This document shows, piece after piece, positions 37,664-46,643 of a stretch of 64,000 nt of DNA. The stretch is from a virus. The stretch is from IMG/VR virus record IMGVR_UViG_3300046542_000335, positions 10,702-74,701 of that record, one strand, 5' to 3'. Numbering within the stretch: position 1 is the first letter of the stretch; every line of letters starts with the position of its first letter. Position numbers and translations under genes: made by a program. The notes under the pieces were generated by a model. That model saw nothing but the letters and a program-made list of their open reading frames with translations, searched no databases and was not told the DNA's origin.

Positions 37664-38521
37664 ATGTCCTTAGAATCCGTCTCACGGGACCTCTTGACCA
37701 ATCGAGCGGTTGGTCAGTTTCCCCTCTCCATCGCTACCTCCCTGGCCATTGAATCGCTGATCGGTATCTTCCCAGACGCCCCCAGCGAACATCCGCCTAT
37801 TCGGGACCACGATTCCCTCTGGGTTAATATGCGGACACTGATCCGTAACCTGTTGGGATCGCTCAAAACCGAGGACCGCAAACACCTGACCGAGCATACC
37901 GTTGCCGAATACATCGTCAATGAGATGCGTACCATCGAGACGGTTTGCGTGGAGCATGGCGATGGACGGTTTGAAGTTGCCTTCTATAAGTGCAGCTACA
38001 CAGACCTGTCCTACAGCTACAACAAGTCCATCCTCAAGGTTCCGTCCACCCCAGGTCAGAAGTTGTCCTGGGCATTTGAGGAGAACGTCCTCAAGGTAAT
38101 CGACGAAGAATACCAGGGCCATATCCCGTACTTGACCTTGACCCGGAAGTTTCCAGAAGTCCATTCAAGGGTGCTGTTGATTTCCCACTATCCTGTGGAT
38201 CTCCTACAGCGGTACAAGTTCGACAACCTCGCCTTGCTGGAAACCCACACAGGCGCCGTTAAGCCGCCGAACATGTGGAACACCAAGCTGAAGGACGGTC
38301 GAGAGCTGGAGCGCATCCCGTTTGATCGTATGACGTTACAGATGTTCGGTGACGGCATCACCTTCTCCCCGATGAATCTCAAGGTTCGTCAGAAGCTGGT
38401 GGAAATCGCCGAGAAGAACAAATGGACTCCGTTAACAACCAAGGAGTTCGTCATCTATTGTGTGGAACAGAACCGAGATCCGGCGCTTGAATCGCTGGTC
38501 AAAGATCTTTACCGCATTTAA
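37664..38521 (+). CDS. Conserved protein (phiKZ gp66-like; possible degenerate PIN/FEN fold)
   Basis: 'SIATSLAIE', 'LWVNMRTLIRN', 'SHYPVDLL', 'LETHTG'; synteny. Confidence 0.6.
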   Translation: MSLESVSRDLLTNRAVGQFPLSIATSLAIESLIGIFPDAPSEHPPIRDHDSLWVNMRTLIRNLLGSLKTEDRKHLTEHTVAEYIVNEMRTIETVCVEHGDGRFEVAFYKCSYTDLSYSYNKSILKVPSTPGQKLSWAFEENVLKVIDEEYQGHIPYLTLTRKFPEVHSRVLLISHYPVDLLQRYKFDNLALLETHTGAVKPPNMWNTKLKDGRELERIPFDRMTLQMFGDGITFSPMNLKVRQKLVEIAEKNKWTPLTTKEFVIYCVEQNRDPALESLVKDLYRI

Positions 38522-38580
38522 TTTTACTGTCCGTACAAATCAGTTGCACGTACGACCCTCCACTTTACAGAGAAGTATCA

Positions 38581-39372
38581 ATGTCCAACGGAAATGAGAA
38601 AGCCCGCCGCGATCCGATGTGCCTGGATGATAGCAAACTGCGCCTGTACGGTACCCCTATCCAGGACGGTGCCTACCCTCCAAGCCTTCGCATCAAGCTG
38701 ATTGAAAACAATCCTTGTCTGGAAGTCGACCTCGGCATGAAAACCGAGAAAGGCTACCCGATGAAGATCGAGGGCCCGATGGATCCGCAGCAGTTCAACA
38801 CCCTGTTGATCCTGCTCGAGAAAGTGGCGGCTTACCCGAACGCGATTTCGTTCGAAATGGAAAACTGGGGTCACCCGTTCATCTGGGACCGCGACCAGGG
38901 CAAATCCATTCGCTCCAAAGACCGCGTCATCATTTCGAAGACCCAGGTCCAGAAGCGCGAAGATGGCGTTGTTACCATCGCACTGGCAGCCAAGAAGATG
39001 CAACTCGTCGAGTTCGTATTCCAGCCTGGCGAATTCCACCCGATCACTCAAGGCGGCCAGCCGGCTCCTCTGAAGATCACCTCGCCTGTTGCAGCGGCCG
39101 GTTGGGCCAAAGCGATCAGCGACATCTACAACACCAACTTCGCCATCAACTGGAAAGAACCTGAGTTCCAGAAGAAGAAACGTCTTGAGCGCATGCAGAA
39201 TGCTCAGAACGGTGGCGGGCAGCGTCAAGGTGGTGGCGGTAACAACTACAACCGTAACGGCAATGGGGGCGGCGGTGGTAACAACTACAACGGCGGTCAA
39301 CAGCAGCAACAACGTCCAGCTCCAGCTCCGGCGCCAGCGTCCGACAGCTTCGACGACGACATTCCGTTCTAA
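38581..39372 (+). CDS. Nucleic-acid-binding protein, ChmC/phiKZ gp67-like by position, with SSB-type linker and FDDDIPF tip
   Basis: Beta-rich core, G/N/Q-rich linker, terminal DSFDDDIPF; directly upstream of the gp68-like gene. Confidence 0.65.
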   Translation: MSNGNEKARRDPMCLDDSKLRLYGTPIQDGAYPPSLRIKLIENNPCLEVDLGMKTEKGYPMKIEGPMDPQQFNTLLILLEKVAAYPNAISFEMENWGHPFIWDRDQGKSIRSKDRVIISKTQVQKREDGVVTIALAAKKMQLVEFVFQPGEFHPITQGGQPAPLKITSPVAAAGWAKAISDIYNTNFAINWKEPEFQKKKRLERMQNAQNGGGQRQGGGGNNYNRNGNGGGGGNNYNGGQQQQQRPAPAPAPASDSFDDDIPF

Positions 39373-39457
39373 CGGATATAGCCAGTAAACCAAGGTATCT
39401 CGGACTAAGGTACAGGTCCCTCTGGGGCCTGTATCGAGGAATTTATGCCGTTCATGA

Positions 39458-39489
39458 TAAAACTTTACAATGCTACATTATACTAGTGA
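39458..39489 (+). promoter_or_regulatory. Putative phage promoter (TACATTAT core 39474-39481)
   Basis: AAAACTTTACAATGCTACATTATACTAGTGA. Confidence 0.65.
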
Positions 39490-39507
39490 CCACTCACCTA
39501 GGAGTCC

Positions 39508-41085
39508 GTGATGGAATTTAAAATCTCTACCTACACCGAACGAAGTTTCTCCGCAGTCTCCCTGACTCGGGAACCCGGTACGGAAGGCGAGCTGTTCTTC
39601 CCAACCGGAGGATACTCTACTGCCCGTCCAAACGCTTCCGTTCGTGAAGATGATGAGATTGGGAGCCATCTGGACATGTTCGCGGAGATCAACCAGTTTC
39701 TCCAGAAGTACTTGTCCGAAGATCAGAAGGACCAGCTGTTCGCACACTACGAGAAGCTGGAAGGTATCTTTACTCAGTCCAACCCGAAAGACTGCAACAT
39801 CGACGACTTGACGCGAGCCATCATGCGGGAAGTCAACGGTATCTACAATATCGTGAAGTTCGATCAGTTGCGTGAATTCATCGTCACCAATCCGAAGATC
39901 CGCTTGCCGCAAGAGCTGTCTGACGATTACGTGACTGAAGACAAGATCACCCCAACCTACAAGTCCCTGACCTACCGCCTCCAGGAATACATCGATCTGG
40001 TAGCCGGTGCGTTGGGACTCCGACTGATGATCCCAATCTGGGGTTTCTATCTGCCGATAGCAGGCAAAGAGTCAAACATCAACATGAAGGAGTTCACCTC
40101 CTACCAGTTGATCATGAACAGCAAGTTCTACAAGTCCACAGTGTTCTCTCGCTTGGATGTGTACGTACGGGCTAATCTCAAAGAAACCACCTACGACATC
40201 ACTGCGGCACTGAACTTCATGTCGTCGGAAGAAATCCCGACGTACCTGTTGGCATTGGCCGTAATCCGTAAACTGTCGATTGCTCCACTCTCTATTGAGC
40301 GTGAGCGCGATCACCTGATGAAGATCTTGTACAACTATATCGATGGCCGGTTTGACCGCATGGCTACCGAGTTCAAACAGCAAGTCGCCGAGAAGAAGAG
40401 CGGTGCTGGGCCAGTTGAGGATAACTCCTCTGTCTGGTCGATGTACAAGATGAAGGAAGCGATCACAGCCGGTGAGCTTACGCTGATCCAGCTGTACGTG
40501 AACGAGTATCACACTTGCGCGGCCGCAATCGATCCGAACTACATGCCGGACCGCTTGGCAGCTTCCATTGCGCACATCGCCACCATTGAAGACTTCAACC
40601 CAACACGAGCCCAGAAAGGCTTGGCTGCTTGGATCATGTCTACTGTTATCGCCGGTGTGGTGATTGACATGTTCGACATGGAAACCTTGAAGAACAACAT
40701 GGCTATCGCGCAGACGATTCTCTGGGAATGGGGATTCCTGGATCTGGCCATCATGCTGACTGCCCGAAAGGACGTATCAGCGATCACCACTGAACTCAGC
40801 AAGGCTAAGGTTAGCCAAAGTCATCGTGACGTGTTGGACGTAATCAACCCGTACATGATGCCTGACCCAAAACGTGATGACCAACTCTTCATTGCCAACT
40901 CGGCAGTGCGTGGTATCGAAGAGATCATCAAGGAGTTCATGCGATCCGATTGGTTCATCGACTGCCCGAAACAGCTGGCTGTAGAATACAACCGCGCTGA
41001 TCTTTCCGAATATCTGGACATCTCGCCTAGCGTCCGCAATCGCCTGGCAGAAATCCTGATTCGTCTGAATGATCACGTTCGCTAA
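39508..41085 (+). CDS. Non-virion RNAP promoter-specificity subunit (phiKZ gp68-like, sigma-like)
   Basis: 525-aa helical protein; 'TY...EY.DL......LR.M.PIWG' segment; position in the gp67-68-69-70 block. Confidence 0.7.
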   Translation: MMEFKISTYTERSFSAVSLTREPGTEGELFFPTGGYSTARPNASVREDDEIGSHLDMFAEINQFLQKYLSEDQKDQLFAHYEKLEGIFTQSNPKDCNIDDLTRAIMREVNGIYNIVKFDQLREFIVTNPKIRLPQELSDDYVTEDKITPTYKSLTYRLQEYIDLVAGALGLRLMIPIWGFYLPIAGKESNINMKEFTSYQLIMNSKFYKSTVFSRLDVYVRANLKETTYDITAALNFMSSEEIPTYLLALAVIRKLSIAPLSIERERDHLMKILYNYIDGRFDRMATEFKQQVAEKKSGAGPVEDNSSVWSMYKMKEAITAGELTLIQLYVNEYHTCAAAIDPNYMPDRLAASIAHIATIEDFNPTRAQKGLAAWIMSTVIAGVVIDMFDMETLKNNMAIAQTILWEWGFLDLAIMLTARKDVSAITTELSKAKVSQSHRDVLDVINPYMMPDPKRDDQLFIANSAVRGIEEIIKEFMRSDWFIDCPKQLAVEYNRADLSEYLDISPSVRNRLAEILIRLNDHVR

Positions 41086-41109
41086 TTAAGTAAGGAGTGG
41101 GAAAATATC

Positions 41110-42669
41110 ATGACAATGCGTCTATTGAAGTTGAGTGTGGTGGAAACAGACGGCGCCGTTCAAGGCGTGATCCGTCCGTTCGACACCGACATCAAACAAT
41201 CAGACATCGACCGCGTTGTGAACTTGACCGATGATGGTCAGAGCCTCAGTGCGGACCGTCTGGCCAGAGCGATCTCCAGCGGCGACGGGATGATCGTTCC
41301 GTCTATTGATTTCAAGATCGACTCGAAGATCGAGAACGGTTGGGGCGAACGTCGCCTGATGTTTGCAATGGTGGTAGAGATTGCCACCAGCCGTACCTCC
41401 AGCCACTACGAGTACATCGTAGGTTACACTGACCATTCCGGTTACAGTAACCTCGGTGGCCGGGCGAAGTTTGACCCGGACATGAAAATGTTCTTCAACT
41501 CGATCACTCGAGTCCACATGACGGCAGCCACTTACCGTGGAGGTAGTCAGATCTGGCAGCCGTCTATCAAGGCGCACGATCAGATCCTTAACCGGTCAGC
41601 AATCAATGGCGAACGTCGCCGTACAGACCTGACTCCAGTAACCCTGCGTCCTACCGACTTGTTCAACCGCAAAGGTTCCGAATCCGCATTCGGTGCCCAC
41701 CTGCGTTCGAGCGGTTCCGTCGGTATGAACACCACCGGTTCCTTCAGCTCCCAGCTGCGGGCATCGACCCGTGAGAACAACGACCCATCCCGTTTCCTGT
41801 CCCGAGCGTTGACTGCACACTCCCGAGCAACTGCCGCTCATGGCCGTGGTGATCTGGATGGTGACGACGACGATCTGGTAATGGCAAACGCCTCCGACGC
41901 GGCAGCTGAGACCTGTCTGGACGTGGATCCGTACCTGGAAGAATTGCGTCGTGTCAGCGGTATCATGGATTCCGGCTACATCACCTTCGGTGAGCTCATG
42001 GAGTTGAATCCTGAGTTTGACGAAGACGAGCAGCTGCCATTCACGCCGTATGAAATGCGCAAAACGTCCATCAATCTGTCCGAAGCCCGTTCCTGGAACT
42101 CGGACTCCCCTGAATGCCTGGCAGCCACCATTGTTGCCCAGAGCCTTCCGGTGGTGATGATCAACGCCATGTACTCGAAGGTTGATAACCTCATCCTGAA
42201 CACTCGTGCCCGCATGGGCGAGCCTCGTGTACTGGCCGGTCGTTGTACCCCGTTCGTTCCTGGATTGGAAGCGACCTCCACGCTGGAGTATTTCGAATCC
42301 ACAGTGGAATCGGTGATCCTCCAAGCCATCAGTCATGGTGGCATGATGGACATCGACTGCACCATCAACGCCAACATTGACCAGGATATCGAAATCTGGA
42401 TCAGTCTTGACGGTGGTGAGGAACACTACTTCCCATTCTTCAGTGCCGCGGACAGTCTGACTGCCCCGACCCTGAGTGACTCTATCCAAACAGTTGATCT
42501 GTTGTCCGAGGACATCGTGAGACTGGCCGAAGGTGTCCGCCATAATCGGGATGGCCGTCGTCCTACTCACGTTACCGAGAATCGTGGCATCAGCCTCAGC
42601 ACTGACTTGTCGGACGCCCGCGATGACCGCGATCGTTCCCGCAGCCGTAATGGCCGTCCGGCCTGGTAA
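41110..42669 (+). CDS. picA: Phage-nucleus protein import factor PicA/Imp1 (phiKZ gp69-like)
   Basis: 519 aa; 'IENGWGERRLMF', 'VGYTDH.G', 'FDPDM.MFFNSI', 'LRPTD'; directly after the gp68-like gene. Confidence 0.72.
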   Translation: MTMRLLKLSVVETDGAVQGVIRPFDTDIKQSDIDRVVNLTDDGQSLSADRLARAISSGDGMIVPSIDFKIDSKIENGWGERRLMFAMVVEIATSRTSSHYEYIVGYTDHSGYSNLGGRAKFDPDMKMFFNSITRVHMTAATYRGGSQIWQPSIKAHDQILNRSAINGERRRTDLTPVTLRPTDLFNRKGSESAFGAHLRSSGSVGMNTTGSFSSQLRASTRENNDPSRFLSRALTAHSRATAAHGRGDLDGDDDDLVMANASDAAAETCLDVDPYLEELRRVSGIMDSGYITFGELMELNPEFDEDEQLPFTPYEMRKTSINLSEARSWNSDSPECLAATIVAQSLPVVMINAMYSKVDNLILNTRARMGEPRVLAGRCTPFVPGLEATSTLEYFESTVESVILQAISHGGMMDIDCTINANIDQDIEIWISLDGGEEHYFPFFSAADSLTAPTLSDSIQTVDLLSEDIVRLAEGVRHNRDGRRPTHVTENRGISLSTDLSDARDDRDRSRSRNGRPAW

Positions 42670-42682
42670 CTAGGAGTAAACC

Positions 42683-43969
42683 ATGTCAAAGCAAGAAGCG
42701 GTACTGGAGTTTAGCGCAAACGTTCTAAAGGACGTCGGCGTATTCGACGCCAGCGGTGAAGGGTTCCTGTCGTATCTGGCAGGTGATCTCCCGAAGCCAG
42801 TCACCATTGGCCCTAAACGTCTCTGCCTGCCAGTCCGCGCCATTCTGGATGACGGACAGTGGGATCAGCGCATCGCGTTTGCTCCCTTGGCTGAGCAGAT
42901 CAGTCAGGGTCCAAGCCCTGTACTGAATGCGTTCAAGGAATTCGTTCAGCTGCGTCTGAAAGAAACCTTCAAGGCGGTGATCCTGTCCTTGATGGAATTG
43001 GCCATTGACCAGAAACGTCACAAAGGCCTCAAGGCTGATGCGGCGAAGTTCCTGCAACTGCTGGTCGAAGCTGACCAGAAGACCATGGACACACTGGTTC
43101 GTGTTCTGAACGCGGTCGGCACGGCGCCTGAGAAACGCCTGGTCTCGCTGTTCCTCAAGAATGGCGGTGAAGGTGGTGCACTTCGCAGCTGCGTGGTTTC
43201 CTTCCCAATCATGGAAGACGCCCCAGCTGAAGACACCACCACCTTCTTCGGCGTGAAGATGGCCCGCAAGACCAAAGACAAGCACCTGATCGTCAACCTG
43301 CTGGAATACGTCCTGGGTAACGAAGAAGAGCGTAAGGCATTCACCAAGTCGTCTAACGATGGCGAGGCGCCTTACTTCCATTCGCTGCTCCTGTCCTTCC
43401 ACGCAATGGCCACTCACCTGAACAAACTGATTGATCGTCACAAGGCGGGCTGCTCCCACCTCGACGGTCTGCGGTTTGAACTGGCGTGGACTGAGCAGCT
43501 GGTCGATTTCACCAACTTCGCCCACACCCACGGTCGTGTCATTCCGGTACTACCGGGTAACCGTGGCAAAGAGCGTGAAGAAGCGATCAAGAAAGAAGCG
43601 CTGGAACTCAGTGCTGATGACCTGGGTCTGGCTGAAGAAGATCGGCCACGTCGTAACAGCGACGAGCGCGATCGTGAACGCAACCGTCGTGACGAACCTG
43701 AGCGCGAGCGTAGCTGGCGTGATAGCCGTCGTGAAGAACCGGAAGATCGTGGCAGTCGCCGGGATCGGGACTACGACCGTGAAGAACCTCGGGTAGAAAT
43801 TAGCCGGGATGATAGCGGTGGTCGTTCTCTGAGTGACATCCTGGGTCGTGCAGGGCGTGGGCGTGACGACGATCGTGAAGAACGTGGTCGCAGTCGTGAC
43901 CGAGATGGCGGACGTGACGGTGGCCGTAATAGCCGTTACACCAGCCGTCGTGGCGGCCGTGCCTGGTAA
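42683..43969 (+). CDS. Conserved nucleus-block protein (phiKZ gp70-like) with a roughly 110-aa R/D/E tail
   Basis: 'KRLCLP', 'FAPLAEQI.QG.SPVL', 'APYFHSL'; synteny. Confidence 0.7.
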   Translation: MSKQEAVLEFSANVLKDVGVFDASGEGFLSYLAGDLPKPVTIGPKRLCLPVRAILDDGQWDQRIAFAPLAEQISQGPSPVLNAFKEFVQLRLKETFKAVILSLMELAIDQKRHKGLKADAAKFLQLLVEADQKTMDTLVRVLNAVGTAPEKRLVSLFLKNGGEGGALRSCVVSFPIMEDAPAEDTTTFFGVKMARKTKDKHLIVNLLEYVLGNEEERKAFTKSSNDGEAPYFHSLLLSFHAMATHLNKLIDRHKAGCSHLDGLRFELAWTEQLVDFTNFAHTHGRVIPVLPGNRGKEREEAIKKEALELSADDLGLAEEDRPRRNSDERDRERNRRDEPERERSWRDSRREEPEDRGSRRDRDYDREEPRVEISRDDSGGRSLSDILGRAGRGRDDDREERGRSRDRDGGRDGGRNSRYTSRRGGRAW

Positions 43970-43979
43970 TCAGGTAGCG

Positions 43980-44026
43980 GCATAAATAGAGGAGGGGTCA
44001 AACCCTCCTCTATCCTTTTCTTTTTT
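43980..44026. terminator. Terminator between convergent genes
   Basis: ATAGAGGAGGG/CCCTCCTCTAT stem, preceded by GCATA and followed by a T run. Confidence 0.8.
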
Positions 44027-44029
44027 GTA

Positions 44030-44365
44030 CTAGATACGGGTGCGATAGACTTGTTTGAGCTGACCGAGAAACTGCTGATCTGGGATCAATAGTTTGGTGG
44101 TGTGTTCGTCGAAGTCCTGCGGACCGTTGAGGTCATTGAGACGAATAATGACCAAGTGGTCCTCAATGGCTACTTTTTGATCGAGTAAGAACGATGTCAG
44201 GTCGTAACGGAACAGGTATCCCGTTTCCACTGGTATCGTCAAGAGGGTTGTGGACCGGTCATTCCTGATCGATGGAATGATGGACTCTACGAACGCTTTG
44301 TATTCGTCCGAGAGCACAAAGGCTGCCGGGACTGAGATCATTGCGTTATCTAGACTACTGGCCAT
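44030..44365 (-). CDS. Small conserved protein, possibly T4 gp53/LysM-like baseplate component
   Basis: AAGGAG RBS; 'FRYDL..FL......VIIRLN.L..P.DF......LLIPD'. Confidence 0.55.
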   Translation of the reverse strand: MASSLDNAMISVPAAFVLSDEYKAFVESIIPSIRNDRSTTLLTIPVETGYLFRYDLTSFLLDQKVAIEDHLVIIRLNDLNGPQDFDEHTTKLLIPDQQFLGQLKQVYRTRI

Positions 44366-44377
44366 GAATACTCCTTT

Positions 44378-44405
44378 AAATTGCAGACATACATTATCAG
44401 ATTGA
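44378..44405 (+). promoter_or_regulatory. Putative phage promoter (TACATTAT core 44390-44397)
   Basis: AAATTGCAGACATACATTATCAGATTGA. Confidence 0.65.
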
Positions 44406-44434
44406 ACCTCATTCACTGAAAGCAGTAGGAGCTA

Positions 44435-46612
44435 GTGATGGATTTGCCACCAGAGTTGCCGCATAACGAAATCCCGATCGAAATGGTCCCCGTGAGCGGC
44501 TCTAACCCCTACTTCCCCTACGTGTCCGCAGCACGACAGGTGATGTACACCGGTAACCGCACTCAAGAATTGTCCGTGGTAGGACGCACGCGTAAACGCC
44601 AACGGTCTGCGCTTGAGAAAGAACTGGCCAAAGCCACCTTCCGCCATCAGTTCGATGTGGATGCGACGGTATTGGCTGTAATCCCACGATTTAAGAACGA
44701 CGGTATCCACGGCGATTTCAAGATCAATCCGCTGGATGTCGTAATCTTCGAGAACTACGAGAGTGGTCAGCTGGATGTACTTGAGCTGTCCAAATTTCAT
44801 GTAATGCACCAGCACTACGGTTTCCGCTTTGCGGAGAACGAAGACGCGATGGATAAGTTGCGCAACACCAATAAGCCAAACTTCGAGGCTGGTACGGTGT
44901 TGATGCGCAGTCCTAACGTCACCGACGACGGCGACTACATGCCTGGGCTGGAAACCAACGTGATCCTGATCACCGATCCGGCGGTAACGGAGGATGCGCT
45001 GGTATATAGCGAATCCTACGCCCAGCGTATCCGGACGACTGGTTACGAAAGTCGGACGTTTGGCTTTGGTCGGACTCATTATCCGATCAACTCCTACGGC
45101 ACCACCACGGAATGCAAGATCTTGCCAGATGTAGGCGATAAGATCCATTCCAACGGTCTGCTGTGCGCCATGCGTCCATACGATCCGATTCTGGATGCCG
45201 TATACATGTCGGCGAAGAAGTTGCTGAAACCCGTTTACGGGATGGATACGCCGGTGTATGGCGTACCTGATGCGGTGGTAGTTGACATCCGTGTGGTGCG
45301 TAACGAATCGGTACGTGATCGCCGACTGCCAGAAGAGTTGGTGAAACAGCTCGACCGGTACTACCAGGCTGACAAGCGGTATTACAAGGAAATCATCAAG
45401 ACTGCACTGAAACGTTCGGGCAAATACATGACCGCCCGTCCGAATCTGTCGATGCGTTTGAATGCGCTGCTGTACGAAGCTTTCGCATTCGTGGGCAAAG
45501 ACCTGCTGGACGATGACCTGTGGCCGTACGACAACTCCGCTGCCCTGGAAGTGAATCGCCGCTACCGTGGTGAAACACTCGACGAGTATCGGGTTGAAGT
45601 TACGTACGAATACCTGGCTCAGGTAAAGGAAGGCTCCAAAGGTACCGGCATGCACGGTAACAAAGGGGTATCCGGTGAAGTACGTCCTGATGCTGACATG
45701 CCAATCGATGAGAACGGCAACCGCGCTGAAGTCATGGCGCTGTGTACCTCTGTCGGTAACCGGATGAACCCTGGGTTGATCCATGAGCAGTATGTGGGTG
45801 CCGCCGGGCGGGACGTGATCAAACGTATCCGTCGAGCATTCGGCATGCCAGACATGGGCGTCATTCGCATGGATGACATCAACGACGCGGTGTTCGATGA
45901 TCGCAACGCAGCCTTGGCTGACGAGCAGTTCGAGTACCTGATGGGTTGGTACAAGATCGTAGCGCCGAACGAGAACTTCAAGGCGTTGAGCAAACCACAC
46001 GTCAGGAGCACTGACCGTTGGTTGCGTCACTTGGCCCAAGTCATCAAAGATGGCGACGAGCCATGGGGCACTTACTTCAACCTGCCATCCACTTCCGGCG
46101 TCCGTATGGACAAGGTGCTGGAACAGCTGGAAACTGGTCCATACGCTCCAGAGATCACTCGGGTTACTTACCGGGATCACGGCGGCAACATGGTCACCAC
46201 CAAAGAACCTATCCTGATCGGGCCGAACTACTACCTGATCCTGGAAAAGACTGCGACCGACTGGTCGGGTGTAAGTTCCTCCAAGACCAGCCACTTCGGT
46301 ACCACTGCCCGTCTCACCAACGCGGACAAGTACTCGTCGCCTGGCCGTCAGACCGTAACCCGGTCTATGGACGAATCGACCGTACGGAACATGGCTCATG
46401 CAATGGGGGCGGAAATCATCGCCGACATCATGGACCTGAACAACAACCCAACCGCACACAAAGAGGTTTGCTACAACATCCTCACGGCTGAACAGCCAAC
46501 GAACATCGAACGCGTCATCGATCGAGAGAAGTTCAAGCTCGGTGGTCACCGCCCATTGGCGTTTGCGATCCACCAGTTGATCGTTTCCGGCAAGAACATC
46601 TCCCGCGACTAA
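44435..46612 (+). CDS. Non-virion RNA polymerase beta C-terminal subunit (phiKZ gp71-73-like)
   Basis: 'SAARQVM', 'EDALVYS', 'GSKGTGMHGNKG' (the GDK..GRHGNKG motif), 'RMNPG', 'IGPNYYLILEK'. Confidence 0.9.
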   Translation: MMDLPPELPHNEIPIEMVPVSGSNPYFPYVSAARQVMYTGNRTQELSVVGRTRKRQRSALEKELAKATFRHQFDVDATVLAVIPRFKNDGIHGDFKINPLDVVIFENYESGQLDVLELSKFHVMHQHYGFRFAENEDAMDKLRNTNKPNFEAGTVLMRSPNVTDDGDYMPGLETNVILITDPAVTEDALVYSESYAQRIRTTGYESRTFGFGRTHYPINSYGTTTECKILPDVGDKIHSNGLLCAMRPYDPILDAVYMSAKKLLKPVYGMDTPVYGVPDAVVVDIRVVRNESVRDRRLPEELVKQLDRYYQADKRYYKEIIKTALKRSGKYMTARPNLSMRLNALLYEAFAFVGKDLLDDDLWPYDNSAALEVNRRYRGETLDEYRVEVTYEYLAQVKEGSKGTGMHGNKGVSGEVRPDADMPIDENGNRAEVMALCTSVGNRMNPGLIHEQYVGAAGRDVIKRIRRAFGMPDMGVIRMDDINDAVFDDRNAALADEQFEYLMGWYKIVAPNENFKALSKPHVRSTDRWLRHLAQVIKDGDEPWGTYFNLPSTSGVRMDKVLEQLETGPYAPEITRVTYRDHGGNMVTTKEPILIGPNYYLILEKTATDWSGVSSSKTSHFGTTARLTNADKYSSPGRQTVTRSMDESTVRNMAHAMGAEIIADIMDLNNNPTAHKEVCYNILTAEQPTNIERVIDREKFKLGGHRPLAFAIHQLIVSGKNISRD

Positions 46613-46643
46613 GCGGGAGTACCATTCACCAAGGAGTTATCGA

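Noticed and set aside
39205-39340. Repeated GGCGGTGGTAACAACTACAAC-like units as a CRISPR or DNA repeat
   Set aside because: Only two imperfect in-frame copies, encoding the GGGNNYN linker; no repeat-spacer array.
43630-43969. CGTGAC/GATCGT-rich repetitive DNA
   Set aside because: Explained by Arg/Asp codons of the protein tail; no regular DNA period.
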